This document shows positions 56,324 through 64,000 of a stretch of DNA of 64,000 nucleotides, one piece after another. Where the stretch lies: NCBI GenBank assembly GCA_965261135.1, contig OZ253443.1:2192521-2256520 (forward strand), in the 5' to 3' direction. Every line of letters begins with the position of its first letter. The stretch's first letter is position 1. Source of the stretch: Acidimicrobiia bacterium (lineage in GTDB: Bacteria; Actinomycetota; Acidimicrobiia; Spongiisociales; ZC4RG35). The notes beneath the pieces were generated by a model. It had not been told where the DNA came from, ran no database searches, and saw only the letters and a program-made list of their open reading frames with translations. A program made the position numbers and the translations under genes.

Positions 56324-56456
56324 GGCGCTGCTCCTTTTTTCGCCTTCGGGTCTCAATTTAGGCGAAGGGCAGGCCACAGTCTCCGATAGCCTTCACAGCA
56401 TCATCGAACCAACCGACACCGGAGTTCCCGACCCGTCCTATCTCTGGGACATCGTA

Positions 56457-58193
56457 GTGCTGGGCGATCGCTTGGCGGCGCTGTCCCTGGCGTCGGAGGC
56501 GGCAGCAAGCGGTCTCCGACGAGTGCTGGTTCTCTCCCCTTCCAACCGGCTGGTCTATCCCGACCGGTTCGAGGCGCCGGGGATAACCATCCGTTATGAC
56601 ACAGTCGTCCGACAGATACGCCAGGCGCCCGGCCCCATTCTGGTGATAGAGACCTCCACCGGCACGCTGGCGGCACGGGTAGTGGCATCGGGATTGTCCT
56701 ATCCCCCACCCGAACGGCGCCCTCCTCGCCTCTCTGTTGATCCCGCGATCTCCCCGCGCGTCTACACCCACCCATCCCAGATGAAAGAGCCGGCCGGTGA
56801 TGTGGTGGTAATGGGCGAGGGGGACCAGCCGGTGGAATGGACCCTCGACTTCTTGGCAGCGGGAGCGAAGGTGGTGCTCTGCATTCATCACACTGAGTTC
56901 GGCCGGATGTCCTTTCTGGCCAGACGAACGGTGCGACGCCTGGAAGCCCAGAGGCTGATCACTATTTTCTGGAGATCACGGCCCATCCATATATACGAAC
57001 TGGGTGGTTACCCCATGGTGGCTTTCGACAATCGTCAGACACCGGACCTGCAGTTCGACCAGGTATTGGTCTCCGAACCCGACTCTTCCGCCGACCGGCT
57101 CTTGGAAAACTCTGGGATCGAGGTGGAGAAGGGTCCCCTGCCCGTATATCTGCTTCTGCGCCAATCCGACGGCGAGGAAGGCCCCGACGGAGTGGTGAGT
57201 CTGGCGGCTGACCAGGCTTGGGAACCCATCCGCTCACGCCATTTTCCATCCCTCCCACTCCAAGAGAGGTTTGCTCCGGTTCCGGCCGGTCAACGCTTCT
57301 CCAACCTGGCGGAGCGCTACTACAACGCCACCATCACCTGGTTTCGGAGGGTCAACTCCGACCTGTGGATCGTCAGGGTGCGACCCGATCAACGCGACTC
57401 GCCTCTGGTTCCAGGACAGTACGCCACCTTGGGGATCGGCTACTGGGAACCACGGGTGGATGGCGCTGCAGACCGCCGGGCAGGATCGGAGAAGCTGATC
57501 AGAAGGTCATATTCCATTTCTTCCCGCATCTTCGACCCCCGGGGCTTTCTCGCCGATCCATCCTATGAGGAGAGCCTCGAGTTTTATATCGTCCGGGTAT
57601 CGCCCACCGTGGACCAACTACCGGCGCTCACTCCCAGGCTCGCTCTCAAACAGGAGGGCGACCGGATGTATCTCGGCCCGCGCATGGCCGGCCGCTACAC
57701 CCTGTCCCCGGTGACCGACCCCTTCTCCGATGTCCTCTTCCTGGCCACTGGGACGGGGGAGGCGCCCCACAACGCCATGGTCGTGGAACTGTTTCGCAAG
57801 GGACATCAGGGTCGGGTGGTATCGGTGGTATCGGTCCGCTACGCCGCCGACCTGGCCTATGTGGCTCGCCACCGGGCCCTGGAAGAGCGCTTCCCCAACT
57901 ATCGCTATCTGCCTCTGGTCACCCGCCAAGAAGCCCACGGGGCGCTGCGGATGCGCATCCAGCAGCTAATTGCCGACGATCTGCTTGCCTCCGAGACCGG
58001 CCTGGATCTCGATCCCTCCCGCCTGCAAGTTTTCATGTGCGGCAACCCGGCCATGATCGGGGTGCCTCAATGGTCGAACGGCCAACCGATTTTTGGAGAA
58101 ACCCCCGGAGTAGCCAAACTCCTTGCCGAACGGGGGTTTACCCTCCCCCAACCCGGGGTAATGGGAAACATCCACTATGAAGAATACTGGTAG
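56457..58193 (+). CDS. Two-domain oxidoreductase: N-terminal dinucleotide-binding (pyridine-nucleotide-disulfide-oxidoreductase-like, degenerate GxGxxG) domain fused to C-terminal ferredoxin-NADP+ reductase-like domain; start uncertain
   Basis: C-terminal half has the FNR-family RSYSISS FAD motif and LFLATGTGEAP NAD(P) motif plus a terminal aromatic (EEYW). N-terminal half has two Rossmann-like beta-alpha-beta starts (DIVVLGDRLAALSLA; DVVVMGEGDQPVEW...GAKVVLC). Only the part downstream of the 4-OT gene is used, with the GTG at 56457 as the candidate start. Confidence 0.55.
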   Translation: MLGDRLAALSLASEAAASGLRRVLVLSPSNRLVYPDRFEAPGITIRYDTVVRQIRQAPGPILVIETSTGTLAARVVASGLSYPPPERRPPRLSVDPAISPRVYTHPSQMKEPAGDVVVMGEGDQPVEWTLDFLAAGAKVVLCIHHTEFGRMSFLARRTVRRLEAQRLITIFWRSRPIHIYELGGYPMVAFDNRQTPDLQFDQVLVSEPDSSADRLLENSGIEVEKGPLPVYLLLRQSDGEEGPDGVVSLAADQAWEPIRSRHFPSLPLQERFAPVPAGQRFSNLAERYYNATITWFRRVNSDLWIVRVRPDQRDSPLVPGQYATLGIGYWEPRVDGAADRRAGSEKLIRRSYSISSRIFDPRGFLADPSYEESLEFYIVRVSPTVDQLPALTPRLALKQEGDRMYLGPRMAGRYTLSPVTDPFSDVLFLATGTGEAPHNAMVVELFRKGHQGRVVSVVSVRYAADLAYVARHRALEERFPNYRYLPLVTRQEAHGALRMRIQQLIADDLLASETGLDLDPSRLQVFMCGNPAMIGVPQWSNGQPIFGETPGVAKLLAERGFTLPQPGVMGNIHYEEYW

Positions 58194-58202
58194 AGGTGTG
58201 AC

Positions 58203-59105
58203 ATGACTGTTCCCTGGAGCCAAAGAGTGATCGCGGTAGTGGGAGGAGACCGCCGAGAACAGGAAATTGCCCGTCAGGCCGCGGCGACGGGAGCGGTGGT
58301 GCGGGCCTACGGATTTCCCTGGCCCGAGGGGGGCATCACCGGAGTGCTGCCGTGTTCGGACCCCGGTGAGGCAGTGGAAGGCGCCAACTACGGTCTGCTG
58401 CCTATCCCCGGCATCGCCGAGGACGGCTCCCTCTATGCCCCCGACTCCCCGCGACCCATCATCGTCGGCCCGGAATTGCTGGAACGAATGGCTGCCGGGG
58501 CTCATCTCATTCTGGGCGCCGCCGATCATCGCCTCCGGGCGGCGGCGCAGGTCGCCGGGGTGAGCATCCGGGAGTATGAGAAAGACCGGGAGCTGATGCT
58601 GCGACGCGGCCCAACCATCGTGGAGGGCGCCCTCGGCAAGATCATCGAATTGACCGAGATCACCATCCACGGCTCGACAGTGGGCGTGGTCGGCCATGGG
58701 ACCCTCGGATCGCTTCTGACCCGCACCCTGGTGCTCATGGGGGCCAGGGTCCTGGTGGCGGCCCGCAACCCCGTCCAGCGGGTGGCGGCGGAGGTGACCG
58801 GAGCTTCGGCTGTGCCGCTCGACCAGCTACCCGGGCATGCTCACCGGCTGAATATGCTCTTGTCCACGGTGCCTGTCCAAGTGGTGGGGGATGATGTGCT
58901 GGAGGCACTGCCCGCCGGTTCCCTGGTAATGGATCTGGCAGCGCCGCCAGGAGGAGTCGACCTGGAACGAGCCGCCGAACTGGGGCACATCACCTGCTGG
59001 GCCAGGGGACTGGGCACCCGGGCGCCGGTCACAGCGGGCTCCTCACAGTGGGAAGGCATACGCAGGAGGATCGAACAGATCGAAGCGACGACGAATGAAA
59101 CCTGA
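58203..59105 (+). CDS. DpaA (dipicolinate synthase subunit A)-family NAD(P)-binding protein
   Basis: RVIAVVGGDRREQEIARQAAATGAVVRAYGF parallels DpaA KIAVIGGDARQLEIIRKL...VGF. Second Rossmann GSTVGVVGHGTLG. 300 aa. Confidence 0.6.
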   Translation: MTVPWSQRVIAVVGGDRREQEIARQAAATGAVVRAYGFPWPEGGITGVLPCSDPGEAVEGANYGLLPIPGIAEDGSLYAPDSPRPIIVGPELLERMAAGAHLILGAADHRLRAAAQVAGVSIREYEKDRELMLRRGPTIVEGALGKIIELTEITIHGSTVGVVGHGTLGSLLTRTLVLMGARVLVAARNPVQRVAAEVTGASAVPLDQLPGHAHRLNMLLSTVPVQVVGDDVLEALPAGSLVMDLAAPPGGVDLERAAELGHITCWARGLGTRAPVTAGSSQWEGIRRRIEQIEATTNET

Positions 59106-60441
59106 CCTCGTAATCAAGAACGCCCGGGTGGTCACCCATTCCGGAGAGTTCCGAGGAGGAGTGGCCATTCAGGGAGAACAGATCGCCTCGGTGGGCGATG
59201 ACGCGGAACTGGGAGATGCACGGCGGGTCATCGACGCCGGGGGGCTGGCGCTGATGCCAGGGTTGATCGACCCCCACTGCCATCTGGGAGTGAATTACCC
59301 CTACGACCAGGACATGGACACCGAGACGGCCGCCGCCGCCCGGGGTGGCATAACCACCGTCCTCCTGTACATACGCAACCTCGAACCCTCCTATCTGCCT
59401 TTCTACCGGGACCGCCGGCGACGAGGAGAGGCTGTGGCACACATCGACTTCGGGTTTCATTTCGGGATCCAGCGGGAAGAACACATCGCGGAGATACCCC
59501 GCATCGCCGCAGAAACCGGTGTGCAATCCTTCAAGTGCTACTTCGGCTATGAGCAGGAGAATCCGATCGGGATAGTGCCCGCCGACGACGGCTGGGTATA
59601 CACCGCCATGACCAAGATCCGCCACCTTCCACGGGGTGTGATCTCCGTTCATTGCGAGAACACCGAGATAGCGCGGTGGATAAAGCGCTCCATACAAGCT
59701 ACCGGACGCCAGGATCTGGGCGCCTACAGCGAATCGCGGCCTGCTTTCTGTGAGGAAGAAACCATTGCCCGCATGATCTTTCTGGCCGAGCTAACCGGAT
59801 GCCCGCTCTATGTGGTGCACACGAGTGTGGCGGCCGGACCCGGACTGGCCGCCCGGGCCCGCGCCCGGGGAGTGGACGTCACCATCGAGACCTGTCCTCA
59901 CTATCTGGTGCGCACCGCCTACGACCCGGATCTGGACATGCGGGCCAAGATCTCTCCTCCCCTGCGAGACGCCGAGCAGCAAGAGGGCTTGTGGGAGGGG
60001 ATATTCGCCGGCCAGGTGGGATCGATCGGATCGGATCACGTTCCCTTTTTTCCCAAGAAGGGCGAAGACCTGTGGGAGGAAAAGCCGGGAGTGGTCTCTT
60101 TTCCGTGGGAGTTGGCGCTGCTGATGGAACACGGCGTGCACCGGCGGGGGCTTCCTCTCTCACGACTGGTGCAATTGAACTCCTACGGACCCGCCCGCAG
60201 ATTCGGTCTCTACCCGCGCAAGGGCGCCATCGTTCCCGGCGCCGACGCCGACTTGGTGCTGGTCGATCCCGACCGGGTGGACACGGTTCGTCACACCGGC
60301 AACGGAACCTGCATCTATGAGGGGATGGAGTTGCGGGGATGGCCGGTGATGACCGTCAGCCGGGGCCGAGTGGTCTTCGAGAACGGAGAAGTCGATCCCG
60401 ACTCGCTGGGCCACGGCCAGTGCGTGACGCGGCCTGACTGA
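59095..60441 (+). CDS. Cyclic amidohydrolase (dihydropyrimidinase / hydantoinase / allantoinase family)
   Basis: PGLIDPHCHL metal motif, carboxylatable-Lys region FKCYFGY, HCEN, GSDHVPF. 448 aa. Confidence 0.8.
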   Translation: MKPDLVIKNARVVTHSGEFRGGVAIQGEQIASVGDDAELGDARRVIDAGGLALMPGLIDPHCHLGVNYPYDQDMDTETAAAARGGITTVLLYIRNLEPSYLPFYRDRRRRGEAVAHIDFGFHFGIQREEHIAEIPRIAAETGVQSFKCYFGYEQENPIGIVPADDGWVYTAMTKIRHLPRGVISVHCENTEIARWIKRSIQATGRQDLGAYSESRPAFCEEETIARMIFLAELTGCPLYVVHTSVAAGPGLAARARARGVDVTIETCPHYLVRTAYDPDLDMRAKISPPLRDAEQQEGLWEGIFAGQVGSIGSDHVPFFPKKGEDLWEEKPGVVSFPWELALLMEHGVHRRGLPLSRLVQLNSYGPARRFGLYPRKGAIVPGADADLVLVDPDRVDTVRHTGNGTCIYEGMELRGWPVMTVSRGRVVFENGEVDPDSLGHGQCVTRPD

Positions 60442-60512
60442 CCTGCGCCTTGGAACCGAAGACCTAGCATTCTTTCTTCGACAGTCCCAGCAGGCAAAAA
60501 AGGAGTTACCCG

Positions 60513-61109
60513 ATGAGAATCTTGGTGGTGTGGGCCCATCCTCTCTCGGACAGCTACTCGGCGGCCCTCAAAGACCGGGCGGTGGAAACTCTGGAGGCCT
60601 CCGGTCACAATGTCGGCCTCCTGGATCTCTACGCCGAGGACTTCGACCCGGTCCTCTCTGCCCAGGAGCGTCGGGACTATCACGAGATCGGACCCAACCA
60701 GGCCAATGTGGGGCCCTATGTGGAGCAACTGCGGGCTGCCGAGGGTCTGCTGCTCATCTTCCCCACCTGGAGCTTCGGCTACCCCGCCATCCTGACCGGA
60801 TGGCTACAGCGGGTGTGGATCCCCGGAGTGGCCTTCGGACTCCGAGAAGAAGGTGGACCCATCATCCCGGGGATACTGAGCATCCGCAGGGTGGCGGCCA
60901 TCACCACCACCGGATCTCCCTGGTGGTATGTGAAGGCGGTGGGCAACCCCGCCAGGAAGGTGCTGAAACGGGGCCATCGGGTCATGTTCGCCAAAGGCTG
61001 CCGAGTGAAATGGCTTGACCTGAACAACATGAACAAGGACTCCCCGAACAAGAGAAAGAGGTTCCTGGCCAAGGTGGAACGCGTACTCGCGGGCTTCTTT
61101 CATGGTTAG
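60513..61109 (+). CDS. Flavodoxin-like-fold NAD(P)H dehydrogenase (quinone) family protein
   Basis: MRILVVWAHP...SYS ... LLIFPTWSFGYPAILTGWLQRVW, typical of NQO1/MdaB-like FMN/FAD reductases. 198 aa. Confidence 0.7.
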   Translation: MRILVVWAHPLSDSYSAALKDRAVETLEASGHNVGLLDLYAEDFDPVLSAQERRDYHEIGPNQANVGPYVEQLRAAEGLLLIFPTWSFGYPAILTGWLQRVWIPGVAFGLREEGGPIIPGILSIRRVAAITTTGSPWWYVKAVGNPARKVLKRGHRVMFAKGCRVKWLDLNNMNKDSPNKRKRFLAKVERVLAGFFHG

Positions 61110-61200
61110 GGTTCGGCGACACAACACAACTCCCCCCATCATTTATAGAGATTTGTTCCGCTTATAGAAAAAATGCTATAAACCCCACAACTCCCTATAA

Positions 61201-62413
61201 ACCGCGAACGCTTCCTCCAATCTGACAAGGCCCAAGAATGGATCCCGGAAAGACCCATACAGCCCAGGGGCGGGCACCCGACCTCCAGCTCTGGTAGGAC
61301 GAGACCGAGAGTTGCATCAATTTCAGATCGCTACTCGGCGACTTAGCGCTGGTCTGTCCGACAGAAGCCTGCTCCTCACCGGACTCCGGGGCGTGGGAAA
61401 AACAGTCCTGCTCAATGAGTTTTGTAGTATCGCCCACCGGCATGAGTGGGCATACCAGCAGATCGAGGCCACCAGAGACCTTGCAGTTGCCGCGCATAAT
61501 GGCGGAGCGGATCCGCATCGTCCTGCTGCAACTATCCACCGGTAAGCGCCTTGCAAAGCGCGCCCGACAGGCTTTGGGAGTATTGAAGTCGTTCAGAGTG
61601 CGGTGGAATTTGCCGGAGGGAGGCGATATTGAACTGGGAATCGAACCCACGCTTGGACGAACGGACACGGGAATCCTTCAGGAAGACCTTGCCGATTTGT
61701 TCATTGAAGTGGGCGAATACGCTCGGACCAGGAAAGCAGGAGTCCTGCTCACCATCGACGAGGCCCAATATCTCAGGCGAGACCAACTACGACCCCTGAT
61801 TATGGGACTGCATAAAGTAAGCCAGAAGCAACTCCCATTCATGGTGGTCGGCGCAGGGTTGCCTTCGCTTCTCGCCTTGGTCGGCGAGGCCCGATCCGAT
61901 GCGGAGCGACTTTTTTCCTTTGTCAGCATCAACAGCCTTCGGCCGAACGACGCGACCACCGCCCTTACCACCCCAGCCGAAGAACGTGACGTGCAGTGGC
62001 AGCGCGATGCCTTGCACCGAATCGTGGAGGAAACAGCCGGATATCCCTATTTTCTCCAAGAATTCGGCAAACAGGCATGGAACTTGGCCGTCGGACCTCA
62101 TCGAATTACCTTGGAGGATGCGGACGGCTCCGTACCTATTGCACTCCGAGAGCTCGACAGCGGTTTCTTCAGCGTCCGATTCGACCGAACCACGGATGCA
62201 GAGCGTGCCTATCTGGCCGCTATGGCTTCCCTCGGACCAGGTCCTTACCAATCCGGTAGGGTGGCGGCTGCAATGAACAAGAACACTTCCCAAGTGAGCA
62301 CCCAACGCAACTCCCTGATTACTAAAGGCCTATGTCATTCTCCCAGCCATGGCCAGATTGCTTTCACGGTGCCGATGTTCCATGATTTTGTGCGTCGTCG
62401 CATGTCGTCATGA
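61201..62413 (+). pseudogene. AAA+ ATPase (AAA_16 / ORC-Cdc6-like with C-terminal winged helix) disrupted by at least one frameshift and lacking a canonical start
   Basis: Frame 3 from 61201: ...KDPYSPGAGTRPPALVGRDRELHQFQ...LLLTGLRGVGKTVLLNEF (Walker A). It shifts frame at about 61485-61500 into the 61415-62413 ORF (Walker B/sensor region VLLTIDEAQYL; C-terminal wHTH-like tail). No ATG/GTG/TTG start in the N-terminal frame before the TTG at 61312. AT-rich region upstream (61110-61200). Confidence 0.5.
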
Positions 62414-62437
62414 ACAACCTGATGGGCTTCTGGTCGT

Positions 62438-63553
62438 TTAGCCGACTGCAATGAGTTGACGGTTGTCGTTCACATCGGAGAGAAGCCTTGCTCCATGGGC
62501 GGCTACCTCCAACATGTCCTTGAGCTGCAGCCCGAAGCCGTGTCCGGTGTCATAGGCCAAGGGTTCCACACCGAACACCATCCCCTCTTCCAATGTCTGA
62601 TCCTGGCGAGCGCTGAGATAGGGATCCTCGTGCAGGGAAAGTCCGATCCCATGCCCGACGAAGGAAAAGAGCGGCAGGCCGAGGGGTGCAAACACCTCCT
62701 CGAAACGATCCCAGACCCAACGACTGGAGACTCCCGGGCGGATGGCGTCCAGCAGGACATCGCGGCATTCCACCAGCTTGGCCCAGATCTCCACCGCGGC
62801 GGTAGGCGGAGTCCCCACCACCGCGGTGCGGCACACCCCGGCGTGATACCCCTCCGCCACCGCAAAAATCTCCACCCGACAGACATCGCCGTCGCGAAGA
62901 ACCCGAGGGGTGGGCCCGACATTGGCCAGTTGGCTGCGGGGACCGGTGGCCACGATCATCAGTTCGAAGTCTTCCGCTCCACCCCGATAGATGCCATCGG
63001 TGAGAGCCGCGGCGATATCCATCTCGGTGTCCCCCGCGCTCACCGACCGGAGCGCCGAACCGATCGAGGCGTCGGCGACCTTAGACAATCTGGCCAGTAG
63101 TTCCAGCTCATCAGGAGTTTTGACCTGCCGCTGCATCCCGAGCCACCGGTCGGCGGGCGCCCACTCCACCCGGGGGGCCGCCGCTTGGAGGCGGGCGAAG
63201 TCCGCGGCCGGCAGATAGCCGAGCTCCACACCCAACCGGGCCTCCTCCAAGCCGAGCCGCCCCAGAAGCCCGGCCAGACAGACCATGGGATCGTCATCAA
63301 ACTCGTCCCACACCGCCCACTCGGACGCTTCCGTTCCCTGGCGGACCATCCCCTCCTCCACCCCGACGCACATCACCGCCGGGTCGCCGCCGACGGGCAG
63401 CACCACCGCCGCATGCCGCCAGCGCATCAGCGGATGGGATGGCACCACGAACCCGGCCAAATAGGCGAAGTTCTCCGGAGAAGAGAGCACCAAACCGTCC
63501 CATCCCTGCTCATCCAGGGCGGTGCGGAGACGGACGACGACTTGTTCTCTCAT
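62438..63553 (-). CDS. M24-family metallopeptidase (Xaa-Pro aminopeptidase / creatinase-like)
   Basis: Creatinase-type N-domain plus pita-bread C-domain with metal ligands (...DGDVCRVEIFA...HGIGLSLHEDP...EPLAY...). 371 aa. Confidence 0.8.
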   Translation of the reverse strand: MREQVVVRLRTALDEQGWDGLVLSSPENFAYLAGFVVPSHPLMRWRHAAVVLPVGGDPAVMCVGVEEGMVRQGTEASEWAVWDEFDDDPMVCLAGLLGRLGLEEARLGVELGYLPAADFARLQAAAPRVEWAPADRWLGMQRQVKTPDELELLARLSKVADASIGSALRSVSAGDTEMDIAAALTDGIYRGGAEDFELMIVATGPRSQLANVGPTPRVLRDGDVCRVEIFAVAEGYHAGVCRTAVVGTPPTAAVEIWAKLVECRDVLLDAIRPGVSSRWVWDRFEEVFAPLGLPLFSFVGHGIGLSLHEDPYLSARQDQTLEEGMVFGVEPLAYDTGHGFGLQLKDMLEVAAHGARLLSDVNDNRQLIAVG

Positions 63554-63669
63554 TTCACAACCCTTGTAGTAATCGACCGAAGAGTAATAACGGACACCAT
63601 CTGGACATCAGAGTGATCCGGTATCGTTGATCTCTCGGAATGGACGTCCGAAGGAGCAAGCAAAAAGAG

Positions 63670-64000
63670 AATGGAACAGTCTTCTCCCATCACGGTACGC
63701 GGACCGGCCCTTCCGTTCGAAACACTGTTCGATCCCGAAACCTCCGGCCCAGGGGAGGGAGTCGGTCTCCATCCCGACTTCGCATCCGTCTATGGCGGGC
63801 CACTGCGGCTTCGGCCGCCCACCAACGGGCTTCCGCTCCTGGCCATGAACTTCGTAGCCGCCCACGACGGTCGGGTGGCCTTCAATCATCCCGATCACCG
63901 AGGGGGAGGCCCGATCTCGGGATTCGACGACAACGACGTCTGGCTGATGGGACTGTTGCGCGCCCGCGCCGACGCGGTGGTGGTTGGAGAAGGGACACTC
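63670..64000 (+). CDS. RibD C-terminal-domain / dihydrofolate-reductase-like pyrimidine reductase family protein; 3' end outside the window
   Basis: ALPFETLFDP...YGGPLRLRPPTNGLPLLAMNFVAAHDGRVAFNHPD...DNDVWLMGLLRARADAVVVGEGTL matches the RibD_C pattern. ATG at 63670. Confidence 0.55.

Noticed and set aside
55767-56456. First roughly 230 codons of the 808-aa plus-strand ORF
   Set aside because: They run antisense through the isochorismatase-VOC and 4-OT genes and translate to Arg/His/Pro-rich low-complexity sequence. Only the part downstream of 56457 carries oxidoreductase motifs.
61195-61668. 157-aa minus-strand ORF
   Set aside because: Antisense to the AAA+ ATPase frame with Walker A. No features.
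1-64000. CRISPR arrays, tRNA/rRNA genes, insertion sequences, integrases
   Set aside because: No regularly spaced direct repeats, no cloverleaf-like conserved tRNA segments and no transposase/integrase motifs were seen by eye. The low-GC island has no recognisable mobility gene.

Overview
This window is a high-GC (roughly 67-70 %) chromosome segment of actinobacterial type. The evidence is a Rho with an Arg/Gly-rich N-terminal insertion, the conserved lysA / hom-thrC / rho-rpmE-prfA-prmC-tsaC neighbourhood, and an F420 CofC-like gene. Most of it is ordinary core metabolism: a DrrAB-like ABC exporter, a Dpp/Opp-type peptide ABC importer, a partial complex-I cluster (nuoHIJKLMN only), a formate locus (formate-THF ligase plus a selenocysteine formate dehydrogenase with NuoE/F/G-like subunits), a Zur-controlled znuB / zur-znuC unit, Ku, threonine/lysine biosynthesis, translation-termination genes, and a minus-strand catabolic-looking cluster (4-OT, isochorismatase-VOC, MR/MLE enolase, opine dehydrogenase, GATase, thioesterase) next to a plus-strand set (oxidoreductase fusion, DpaA-like protein, hydantoinase/dihydropyrimidinase-type cyclic amidohydrolase, flavodoxin-like NAD(P)H-quinone oxidoreductase). 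The clearest accessory signal is a low-GC (about 50-57 %) patch at about 6030-9510. It carries a translationally coupled pair: a small 82-aa acidic protein of unknown family and a dGTPase-family HD-domain triphosphohydrolase, the enzyme class reported for dNTP-depletion phage defence. A noncoding scar, a 4-TM protein and a DM13-domain protein follow it. Other points worth a second look are: an in-frame UGA (Sec) with an fdhF-like SECIS that the ORF track split into two ORFs; a domain-permuted split formate dehydrogenase; three decayed genes (a DUF4377-like lipoprotein, an AMP-binding enzyme, an AAA+ ATPase); a 36-bp tandem duplication over the cofC start; a Fur-type box in the znuB/zur divergent promoter; and a hairpin-plus-U-tract in the fhs 5' UTR. 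No tRNA, rRNA or CRISPR array was recognised by eye.
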